Assembly (NCBI GenBank): GCA_963803435.1
Contig: CAWDML010000009.1
Coordinates: 864,001 to 928,000, forward strand
DNA: 64,000 bases
Source: an uncultured delta proteobacterium
Lineage (GTDB): Bacteria > Myxococcota > Kuafuiibacteriia > Kuafuiibacteriales > Kuafuiibacteriaceae
Direction of reading: 5' to 3'
Positions 12,393 to 22,263 of this stretch are shown here, one piece after another. The notes below the pieces were generated by a model that worked only from the letters and a program-made list of their open reading frames with translations, had not been told where the DNA came from and made no database searches. The position numbers and the translations under genes were made by a program. Numbering within the stretch: the first letter of the stretch is position 1; each line of letters starts with the position of its first letter.

Positions 12393-13457
12393 ATGAGCTC
12401 GAAGACGCCCTGGTGGGACGGCAAGGACGTGGCTCGGATCGGCGAGTACGCGCCGGCCGAGCTCAGCACCGCGAAGCTGCAGATGCTGGTCGACGCGCTT
12501 CGCGACGGTGGGCACCCGGTCTCCGAGTACGACGCCGACGGCACCACCGATCGGACGCTGGACCAGCTCACCGGAAAGTTCGTGGACCTGGGCGCGCGGA
12601 TCGTGGAGCGCAACACCTCGGATCGCGGGGAGAGCGGCGGCGCGATCGCGGTCTGGGACGCGGGCATCGTCTTCGTACGCCGGTATCAGAAGGGCGCCGC
12701 CATCTCCTTCGCGCTGCGGAACGCCGAGCTCTTCGATGCGTGCGTCGCGGTGACCGAGGCCGCCCTCGAGAAGCACCGCCAGGGAGACGTCTTCACGCTG
12801 ACCGGAGACGGCGGGCCGCTCGAGCTGCGCCGCATCGGGAACGCCGGGCTCCCGCTCGAGCGCCTGAACTACCAGCAGGAGATCCTCCAGAAGTACGATC
12901 GCGCGGTCGGTGGTCTCGCCTCGAGCGAGCCGCACGGGCGGCTGGTGATCGTCGACGGTCCACCCGGCGTGGGAAAGACATACATGGTGCGGGGCATGCT
13001 GCAGGAGGTGCCGCACACCACCTTCCTGCTGATCCCGGCCTCCATGATCGACGACATCACCGGCCCCGGTCTGTTGCCAGCGCTCCTCGACGCCCGCGAC
13101 TCGCCCTATGATGGCGGCCCGAAGCGCCTGGTCCTGGTGGTCGAGGATGCGGACGCGGCGCTGGTGCCCCGGGCCTCCGACAACGTGGCGTTGATCAGCG
13201 CACTCTTGAACCTCGGTGACGGGATCCTGGGACACACGCTCGACCTCAGGTTGATCGTCACGACCAACGCGAAGAGCGTCGACATCGATCCGGCGCTGGT
13301 CCGCCCCGGACGGCTCCTCGAGCGGATCGCGATCGGACCGCTCCCGCCCCAGGAGTCGTCGATGGTGTACGAGCGGATCACCGGCAAGAGGGATCCGGCG
13401 CCGCGCCGCTCGACGCTGGCAGAGCTCTACGCGCGGGCCGAGGCCGATCGGATCTAG
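12393..13457 (+). CDS. AAA+ ATPase of unknown function
   Basis: Walker A GPPGVGKT, Walker B LVVEDAD, LLNLGDG, VTTN, DPALVRPGRL; ATG at 12393; its stop codon lies within the CTAG at the IS boundary. Confidence 0.85.
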   Translation: MSSKTPWWDGKDVARIGEYAPAELSTAKLQMLVDALRDGGHPVSEYDADGTTDRTLDQLTGKFVDLGARIVERNTSDRGESGGAIAVWDAGIVFVRRYQKGAAISFALRNAELFDACVAVTEAALEKHRQGDVFTLTGDGGPLELRRIGNAGLPLERLNYQQEILQKYDRAVGGLASSEPHGRLVIVDGPPGVGKTYMVRGMLQEVPHTTFLLIPASMIDDITGPGLLPALLDARDSPYDGGPKRLVLVVEDADAALVPRASDNVALISALLNLGDGILGHTLDLRLIVTTNAKSVDIDPALVRPGRLLERIAIGPLPPQESSMVYERITGKRDPAPRRSTLAELYARAEADRI

Positions 13458-13522
13458 GAGCGTGTAGCGCGTAGCGCTACCGCGAGCCCGGTCCGGGTCC
13501 CGGTCCCGGTCCCGGTCCCGAT
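13458..13522. repeat. Left terminal inverted repeat with (CCCGGT/CCGGGT)n hexamers
   Basis: Reverse complement matches about 14543-14639. Confidence 0.85.
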
Positions 13523-13527
13523 GGCGA

Positions 13528-13765
13528 TCATGCAGCCCGGCGTGCGTTCATCGACTTGATGAGGCGCGTGAGCCTCTCGACAACGCGCTTGAGCTTGGCT
13601 CTGGCGGCTTGGACCTTCTGCTCGTTGGGGAGTCGGCGCCTCGAGCAGGTGTGGAGTGAGGCGGCGCTTTCGGTGCCAGAGTTCTTGTGCGATCTCTTCA
13701 GCGATGTCGGCCTACTCGACGGCGAGCTGGTAGACCTCGAGCTTCTCGTGATCGAAAGTGACCAT
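13528..13765 (-). pseudogene. Four-helix-bundle protein (23S rRNA IVP / TIGR02436-like) with a 131-nt internal deletion
   Basis: Nearly identical to 37202-37570 except that 37355-37485 is missing (AG microhomology at the junction), causing a frameshift. Confidence 0.85.
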
Positions 13766-13884
13766 GCAAGCTAGCTTGCGGTAGCTCGTCCACTTTGACC
13801 AGCAGAAGTTCTTGGAGGTCGTTTCGTCTGGAATCGATCGTTGGGCGGATCGACTTCGACGCCTGGACTTGATCCCATGGTTTC

Positions 13885-14523
13885 GTGGCGAAGCAATACC
13901 GTTCTTGGACTCCGAGACAATCGTTCTTGCTCCCGCCGTCCCCTCTCGAGTGGTTTCGGCTCGTCCACCTGGAGGCACTGAAAGCGCTCTTCCTCGAAGC
14001 CCTGAAGCTTTGCCAGAAAGCAGGTTTGGTGCGGCTCGGACACGTCGCACTCGATGGCTCGAAGGTGCAGGCGAACGCGAGCAAGCACAAGGCGATGACC
14101 TACGACCGGATGGCCGAGGAGGAGAAGCGGCTGTCTCTCGAGATGACGGCAGACAACGGCTATCTGAGCGCGACCAACATCGAGTTCTGCGACAACAATC
14201 AGATCGATGCCCACATCGCTGTTGGACGCGAACAGAACCAAGACGCGTCGACTCCGTCCTCATCAGCTTCGGAGCCCACACCTGCCTCGCTCGCTCGCAA
14301 GCGAATGCGAGACAAGTTGCAAACGCGCGACGGCAAGGCGGTCTACGCCCGCAGGAAGAGTATCGTCGAACCGGCGCTCGGACAGATCAAAGGGGCACGA
14401 GGATTCCGCCGGTTCTCGCTCCGCTCCTTCTTCAAGGTACGAGCCGAGTGGACGCTCGTCTGCCTCACCCACAACCTGCTCAAGCTCTACCGATCGAAGC
14501 TCGCGACCGTCGCGAGCGTCTGA
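13885..14523 (+). CDS. Internally deleted IS1182-family DDE transposase (212 aa)
   Basis: N-terminus QSFLLPPSPLEW, VALDGSKVQANASKHKAM, TADNGY, YARRKSIVEPALGQIKGARGFRRFSLR...HNLLKL; much shorter than typical members. Confidence 0.85.
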   Translation: MAKQYRSWTPRQSFLLPPSPLEWFRLVHLEALKALFLEALKLCQKAGLVRLGHVALDGSKVQANASKHKAMTYDRMAEEEKRLSLEMTADNGYLSATNIEFCDNNQIDAHIAVGREQNQDASTPSSSASEPTPASLARKRMRDKLQTRDGKAVYARRKSIVEPALGQIKGARGFRRFSLRSFFKVRAEWTLVCLTHNLLKLYRSKLATVASV

Positions 14524-14542
14524 CTCAAGGCAGCCATCTTCA

Positions 14543-14639
14543 GATCGGGACCCGGACCGGGATCGGGACCCGGACCGGGATCGGGACCCGGACCGGGACC
14601 CGGACCGGGGTCGCGTGAGCGCTTACGCGCTACACGCTC
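14543..14639. repeat. Right terminal inverted repeat with (ACCGGG/ACCCGG/ATCGGG)n hexamers
   Basis: Tandem hexamers complementary to the left end. Confidence 0.85.
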
Positions 14640-14713
14640 CTAGTCGAGAGCCGGATCCTTACGGAGCCGAGGCTGCACCGGCAACGATCCGATCGAGCTC
14701 GGTCCGTCATGGG

Positions 14714-15277
14714 CTACGCCCGGCCGCGGCTCTGGCCGGTGGTGACGCCGCCGGCGATCAGGTGGGCGAGGCGCAGGGGCTCGGGCAGGTTCCCGTGGAG
14801 CGTGGTCAGCTTGAGGAGCGCCTTGGTGTCGGCCAGCTCGATCCCGGCGCGCTGCACGAATACGCTGCGGATCGGCTCCATCGGGCCGAGGCGCTCGATC
14901 AGCTTCCACTTCTGCTTGCCGCCCTGGAGATGGGAGAGGGCGCGCTGGATGGCGGCGAAGTCGGGTTGCCGGCGAGCGACCGCGACCACCGGGATGCCGA
15001 GGGTCTCGTGGAGGCGGTGGAGGTCGATGACGTTGAAGCCAGCGACCGCGATGCCTTGGAGGAGGACCGCGCGGATGTGGCCGGTGAACTGCGTGCGTCC
15101 GATCAGCTGGACGATGCGGTCGGTGGCGTTGGTGCCGTCGCGGCGGACGCGCGTGGAGATGACGCCGTCGAGGCGCGTGCGGGAGACGACGGTGCCGACG
15201 AGGAGGACGTCGCCGCGGTGGGTGCGGGCGAAGGGCGCGTCGTCGAAGCCGACGACGTTCGTGATCGGCGGGGCCAC
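14714..15277 (-). CDS. DUF99 family endonuclease V-like protein (endonuclease dU)
   Basis: VVGFDDAPF, DGTNAT, LLQGIAVAGFNVID, PEPLRLAHLIA. Confidence 0.85.
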   Translation of the reverse strand: MAPPITNVVGFDDAPFARTHRGDVLLVGTVVSRTRLDGVISTRVRRDGTNATDRIVQLIGRTQFTGHIRAVLLQGIAVAGFNVIDLHRLHETLGIPVVAVARRQPDFAAIQRALSHLQGGKQKWKLIERLGPMEPIRSVFVQRAGIELADTKALLKLTTLHGNLPEPLRLAHLIAGGVTTGQSRGRA

Positions 15278-15289
15278 GGCCCCGGTCTA

Positions 15290-16285
15290 TCAGCCATTCG
15301 CCGGGACGACCATGGAGAGCTCGAAGCGGCCGCCGAACGTCGGGCTCGGATCGTAGAGATTGCCGGTCTTGTCGTCGACCAAGAACTTCCGGTTCTGGCC
15401 GTCCTCCGATCCGGGATCTTGGTACGTGTAGAAGACGCGGCCCTGATCGTCGACGCCCTTGCCGGTGACGACCACGAAGTGATCGGTGATGCCCTCGTTG
15501 TAATCGGCGTCCTTGTACGAGACGCCGACCGTCACGGGCTTGCCGGCCTTGAGCTGCTGGTCGATGAAGCTGGTGGCCTGCTGGGCCTTGCCGAGATCGA
15601 CATCGACGGTCCCGTCTTTCTCCTCGCCGGTGGCGACCTGGATCCGGTCGTCGATGTTGGTGGGCTGATCGAAGCCGGCGGCCTTCATCATGGCCCGGCA
15701 CGCGCGATAGCAGGCGTCGTCCCCGGCCCGCTCCACCAGCTGGCTGTTCATCTGGCTGATCCAGGGCGCGTCGGCCTCGAGCTGCGTCCCGGGCGGCGCG
15801 TCGACCTTCATGGGGCTGCCGCCACCCATCGGAGCGCCCGTGCTGCTGTTGCTGGGGGCCACGCTGGTCCCGCTGCCGCTTCCGCCGTTGCCGCTGCCCC
15901 CGCTCGGGCTCCAGCTGGTGTTGGTGGGCTGGAAGTTCGTCGGCGAGCGGAGCTGTCCGACCGACTGCGACTTCTTGTTCGCGTCGGGACCGCCGCTCTG
16001 GATCCAATCGATCAGCATCTGCAGCATGTCCATCGCGGACATGCCGTTCAGGCCCTTGAAGTCGGGGCGCGCCAGCCCGTTCATGTCGCCGCCCGACTGG
16101 TTCAGCATCTGCATCAGCCGGCGCAGCTCGTCCTTCGAGTCGACCGTGTCGCCGAGCTCCTTCTGATGCGTGCGGAGGACCTGCGCGACCTGATCCGGCA
16201 GGTCCTCCGGCCGAAGCTCGAGGCCCTGCATGAAGGGATCGAGGTCGAGGAACGGGCTCGTGCCGAGGGAGGCGGATCGGACCAT
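15290..16285 (-). CDS. Hypothetical protein with Gly/Ser-rich linker and C-terminal papain-fold (C39-like) peptidase domain
   Basis: WISQ...ACYRAC, DHFVVVTG and YQDPG give a Cys/His/Asp pattern. Confidence 0.6.
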   Translation of the reverse strand: MVRSASLGTSPFLDLDPFMQGLELRPEDLPDQVAQVLRTHQKELGDTVDSKDELRRLMQMLNQSGGDMNGLARPDFKGLNGMSAMDMLQMLIDWIQSGGPDANKKSQSVGQLRSPTNFQPTNTSWSPSGGSGNGGSGSGTSVAPSNSSTGAPMGGGSPMKVDAPPGTQLEADAPWISQMNSQLVERAGDDACYRACRAMMKAAGFDQPTNIDDRIQVATGEEKDGTVDVDLGKAQQATSFIDQQLKAGKPVTVGVSYKDADYNEGITDHFVVVTGKGVDDQGRVFYTYQDPGSEDGQNRKFLVDDKTGNLYDPSPTFGGRFELSMVVPANG

Positions 16286-16366
16286 CAGGCTACGATAGCG
16301 ATGGGTTCGGAGACCGGCACTTACGGAGCGGCGGTAAGGGCGTAGGGGTGGTGGTAACCTGCCGGC

Positions 16367-18157
16367 GTGCTCCGTAAGGCCGAGGCGATCGGAAACGCGC
16401 TGTTCACACTCGGTGCGCTGTTGCTGCCGCTCGGGATCGGCGCAGCGGCCGGCTACTGGATCGCGGATCGCGGCGTGCGATGGGTCCCCGACACGCTCGC
16501 CGGTCTCCTGCTCGTCTGGTTCCTCGGGTTCGTCGCGATGCTCGCCGGGAGCATGCTCGCGGGTCCGATCTCGGGCGCGACGGCGAAGCGGAAGCGGATC
16601 GTCGTGCTCTTCGCGCTGGCGATGTTGGTGGTGGCGGCGCGGATCGGCGTCTATGAGGCGTCGAAGCCCACGCCGCTGGCGGCGAAGAGCCCGGCCGAGT
16701 TCGCCCGGCTGTTCCAGGACGACGCCATCCAGTATCGCGATCTCGATCGGACGCTCGACGGCTCGATGCGTGCCCTCGAGTCGCTGCTCCCGGCGGAGGG
16801 CGTGCTAGCTGCAGATCACGAGGACGCGGCGGTGGAAGCGTTCTCCGGCTGGGTGGACTCTGCGTTTGCGCTCGATCAGATCCGCGCGTTCTATGAGGAT
16901 TACTATCGGCTCGATCTGTCGCGGCTCGAGCGCCACCGTCACGTCGCCAGCTTCCTGCTCACCTTTGCGGCCGAGCTGGCGCTCTTCGAGCACGCGGGCA
17001 GGTTGACGGCGGCCGTCGATCGAAATCCGAACGCCGCCAAGTTCCTCGACCTGCCGCGCCCTTCGCGGCACCTGGCGCGGGAGAGCTTCACGAGCGTGAA
17101 GGAGCAGCTCGCCGGCGTCACCGATCTCTCCCGAGTCATGGCCGGAAAGCGCTACCTGGCGTACCTCGCCGGGCTCCACGACGCCGACGTCGAGATGGAG
17201 ACCTCGGGCCTCGGCTGGCTCTGGCGCGACGTCGAGGATCGGCTGGGACGGCTCGAGGAGAAGAACGCGGCGCTCCTCGCCGTCGACTCGGTGACCCGCG
17301 ACTTCGGCCCGCTCGAGAAGGGCGTCAAGCACCTCACGTTCCCCGTGCAGAAGGACGTCGCCGAGTGGATGGGCGACACGCGCGTGAGGCGCATCGGCCA
17401 TTATCTGATCGGAGAGGATCTGCAAGCCGAGTTGCGAAAGCGCGCCCGCCCCGGCGACATCCTGCTCGCCCGCAAGAACTGGTACCTCTCGAACGTGGGC
17501 CTCCCGGGGTTCTGGCCGCACGCGTTCATCTACGTGGGGAGCGAGAAGGAGCTGGCCGCGGCGTTCGACGCCGACGAGGGCGTCTTGGCATGGCTCCAGA
17601 AGGAGACGGGCGAGGCCATCACGTTCACCGCCTATCTGGCGCGCCGGTTCCCGACGGCCTGGCGCGAGCGCAACACGCCCTCTACGCAGCACGGCGAGCT
17701 CCTCACCATCGAGGCGATCTCCGAGGGCGTCTCGCAGAGCGACTTCCACGCCACGGTGGGCGACTACGTGGCCGCGCTCCGCCCGAATCTTCCCGAGGTG
17801 ACCAAGGCGAAGGCGATCGCGCGGGCGTTCGCGTTCCTGGGCCGGCCCTACGACTTCGACTTCGACTTCGCGACGGATGACGCCCTGGTCTGCACCGAGC
17901 TGGTCTGGCGCTGCTACCGCACGCAGGAGGGGGAGCTCGGCCTGGCGCTCCCGCCGAGCTGGATTGCCGGGCGCCTGACGCTCCCCGCCAACACCTTCGC
18001 CCAGGTCTACCGGGACGAGCGCGGCACCGTCGCGCCCCAGCTCGAGCTCGTGATCTTCATCGAAGGACGCGAGCGCGAGCGCGACGCCGTGTTGTCGACC
18101 GAAGAGGCGTTCGTCGCCACGGTCGACCGCTCCAAGTGGGACTTCGGCCAGGAATAG
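16367..18157 (+). CDS. Membrane-anchored permuted papain-like amidase (YiiX/YebB-like NlpC/P60)
   Basis: Three N-terminal TM segments; PGDILL, GFWPHAFIYVG, EAISEGV, GRPYDFDFDF...LVCTELVW (His before Cys). Confidence 0.8.
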   Translation: MLRKAEAIGNALFTLGALLLPLGIGAAAGYWIADRGVRWVPDTLAGLLLVWFLGFVAMLAGSMLAGPISGATAKRKRIVVLFALAMLVVAARIGVYEASKPTPLAAKSPAEFARLFQDDAIQYRDLDRTLDGSMRALESLLPAEGVLAADHEDAAVEAFSGWVDSAFALDQIRAFYEDYYRLDLSRLERHRHVASFLLTFAAELALFEHAGRLTAAVDRNPNAAKFLDLPRPSRHLARESFTSVKEQLAGVTDLSRVMAGKRYLAYLAGLHDADVEMETSGLGWLWRDVEDRLGRLEEKNAALLAVDSVTRDFGPLEKGVKHLTFPVQKDVAEWMGDTRVRRIGHYLIGEDLQAELRKRARPGDILLARKNWYLSNVGLPGFWPHAFIYVGSEKELAAAFDADEGVLAWLQKETGEAITFTAYLARRFPTAWRERNTPSTQHGELLTIEAISEGVSQSDFHATVGDYVAALRPNLPEVTKAKAIARAFAFLGRPYDFDFDFATDDALVCTELVWRCYRTQEGELGLALPPSWIAGRLTLPANTFAQVYRDERGTVAPQLELVIFIEGRERERDAVLSTEEAFVATVDRSKWDFGQE

Positions 18158-18239
18158 GGCGCGAACGGGTTGCGGGCAAATCCCTTGTTCGGCGGGCGGT
18201 CTTCCGGGATAGACTGGCGGCCCGTCCGCGGCGGAACCC

Positions 18240-19331
18240 ATGAATCGCGTCGCCGCATCCGAAGCCGACCAGCTCACGGTCGCGCGCGCCCTGGTGGGGC
18301 AAGAGACGCTCGCCGCCGCCGAGGGCGTCGTGCGGCGGTGGAGAAACATGCCGGCGGCGGCGCGGTACAAGGGGAAGATTGGACCCACGGCCATGCGGCT
18401 GATGCAGGGCACGCTGGCGAAGGGTGCGGTCCTGCAGCTGGCGCGGCGCGGCGGCTGGCGGACGCTCCGGTTCCTCGAGGAGGGCGCGCCCGTTCGCGGC
18501 CGCATGTGGGAACGACATCGGCCCGGACCGATCCGGTTCTCCGCGTTCGCGATGCTTCTGGTCAGGTGGTTGACCGAGGCGCCGATCGCCCGGACCGACT
18601 GTCCGATCCTCGAGGCGATCCCGGAGACCCCGGGCGACGAGCTGTTGATGTACCTGGCTGTGGATCTGTGCCGCAAGATGGATTGCGGAGACACGCTCGC
18701 CAAGCAGGCGGCGTTCCGGCGCTCCGGTCTGGTGTGGCTCGGCTATCCCGACGTCCTCGCGCACCACGGCGTGGGCGTACCCGAGCCGCGGATGTTCGAG
18801 CGCCTGCTCGAGCCGGACGCGGTGGTGCTGCTCGAGGCGTTGACCCCGGATCTGACGGAACGCTGGACACAGATCGAGATGAAGAAGCGCGGGGTGGTGA
18901 GCGCGCAGGAGATGATCCGGCTCGGCGGGACGCAGGCGGCGGTCGCGCACGGGTTTCTGTCGGCGCTCGACAAGTATCACCGGCGCGATCTCGCCCAGTG
19001 CCTGCTGCGCGCCGCTGCGCGCGTGCTCGAGAAGAGCGAGACGGCCGCCGATTGGGTGGGCCGCCTCGAGGCCAAGGGACGGATTGCGGACCGAGCCCGG
19101 GCGCGGAGCGCGGCGGCGGCGTTCTTGAAGTCGCTGGAGCTGCCCGCGCGCTGGGCGGAAGAGGCGCGCGCCGTCCGCTTCTTCGACGACGAGTACGACT
19201 CCGTCCAGCTCTATCTGGCCCTCTACGACGAGCTCTCGGATCGATCGATCGTACGGGCCCGCGCGATCGTGCGGGCGCTCGAGGCCCTCGACGTCGGCGT
19301 CGAGGAACAAGGCACGGGGGAAGCATCATGA
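18240..19331 (+). CDS. Hypothetical protein, first gene of the FtsH/MoxR operon
   Basis: 363-aa ORF with host codon bias; ATGA overlap with the next gene. Confidence 0.7.
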   Translation: MNRVAASEADQLTVARALVGQETLAAAEGVVRRWRNMPAAARYKGKIGPTAMRLMQGTLAKGAVLQLARRGGWRTLRFLEEGAPVRGRMWERHRPGPIRFSAFAMLLVRWLTEAPIARTDCPILEAIPETPGDELLMYLAVDLCRKMDCGDTLAKQAAFRRSGLVWLGYPDVLAHHGVGVPEPRMFERLLEPDAVVLLEALTPDLTERWTQIEMKKRGVVSAQEMIRLGGTQAAVAHGFLSALDKYHRRDLAQCLLRAAARVLEKSETAADWVGRLEAKGRIADRARARSAAAAFLKSLELPARWAEEARAVRFFDDEYDSVQLYLALYDELSDRSIVRARAIVRALEALDVGVEEQGTGEAS

Positions 19332-19884
19332 GTCGCGCGTATCAGATCCAGATCAAGGAGTCGGTCCGAGAGCACATTCGCGTCCAGGACGGCGTCTCGT
19401 CGAGCCTCGAGCTGCTCGACCTCCTCCCGCCCGAGTCGATGGCCGAGATCCTGGCCCGAGCGCTGTCCGAGAAGGGCTTCGAACGGGACGGGTCGATCAT
19501 GCGGCGCGTCGACGAGGGCATCGAGGTCGAGATCGATCTCGAGAAGGGCACCGTCACCGCCCGTCTCAGCGCCGAGAAGGACGTCGACCTGACGGTGGAG
19601 CGCTCACGCGTGGTGGCCGAGGAGGTGGCCCAGCGCGAGACCGAGCGCCTGCGGGAGAACGTGAAGAAGGGGCTCGAGCGCGAGGTCGATGCCGAGCGCG
19701 AGCGGCTCACGGACGAGGTGGCGACGAAGCTCGAGAAGCATCTGGTCGGCCTGAGGAAGGAGCTCGATCAGGTGGTGAACCGGGTGACGGCCGAGGCGCT
19801 GAAGGCCAAGGCCGCTTCGATGGGCGAGATCGAGGAGATCACCGAGGATAGCGAGACAGGCTCGATCACGATCAAGGTGAAGGT

Positions 19885-19888
<4 letters not shown>
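19328..19888 (+). CDS. Hypothetical coiled-coil protein of the FtsH/MoxR operon
   Basis: MSRAYQIQIKES... 186 aa (end of ORF 18170..19888); ATGA overlaps at both ends. Confidence 0.75.
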
Positions 19889-21990
<2,102 letters not shown>

Positions 21991-21998
<8 letters not shown>

Positions 21999-22254
21999 GG
22001 TGACGATCCGGCTCGTGGTCGACCCGACGACGAGGAAGAAGAACGTGGTGATCTCCTATCGAAGCGACGAGGATGCGCTCCCGATCGAGCACGAGGACGC
22101 CCACCGCGAGGTGGTGGACAAGCTGATCGAGGGCGGCGCGCTGAAGGCGGCCGAGCTGGGAAAGATCGTGATCGAGCGTGAGGGCGACCAAGGCGTGGGC
22201 GAGATCGAGAGCCAGCGTGAAGGTGAGCCCGAGTCCGTCGATCAGGAGAACTGA
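21991..22254 (+). CDS. Small hypothetical protein of the FtsH/MoxR operon
   Basis: 87 aa, overlaps the upstream stop; SDEDALPIEHEDAH motif. Confidence 0.75.
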
Positions 22255-22263
22255 TCCTCCGAC

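Larger units (their letters stand above)
13454..14643. mobile_element. IS1182-family-derived element, copy 1: CTAG flanks, long imperfect terminal inverted repeats, deleted four-helix-bundle gene, shortened transposase
   Basis: ctag-GAGCGTGTAGCGCGTAGCGCT... at the left end and ...AGCGCTTACGCGCTACACGCTC-ctag at the right end; near-identical ends recur at 37134-37731. Confidence 0.85.

Noticed and set aside
13485-14612. Hexamer arrays as a CRISPR array
   Set aside because: No unique spacers and no cas genes; the arrays are tandem repeats inside IS inverted ends
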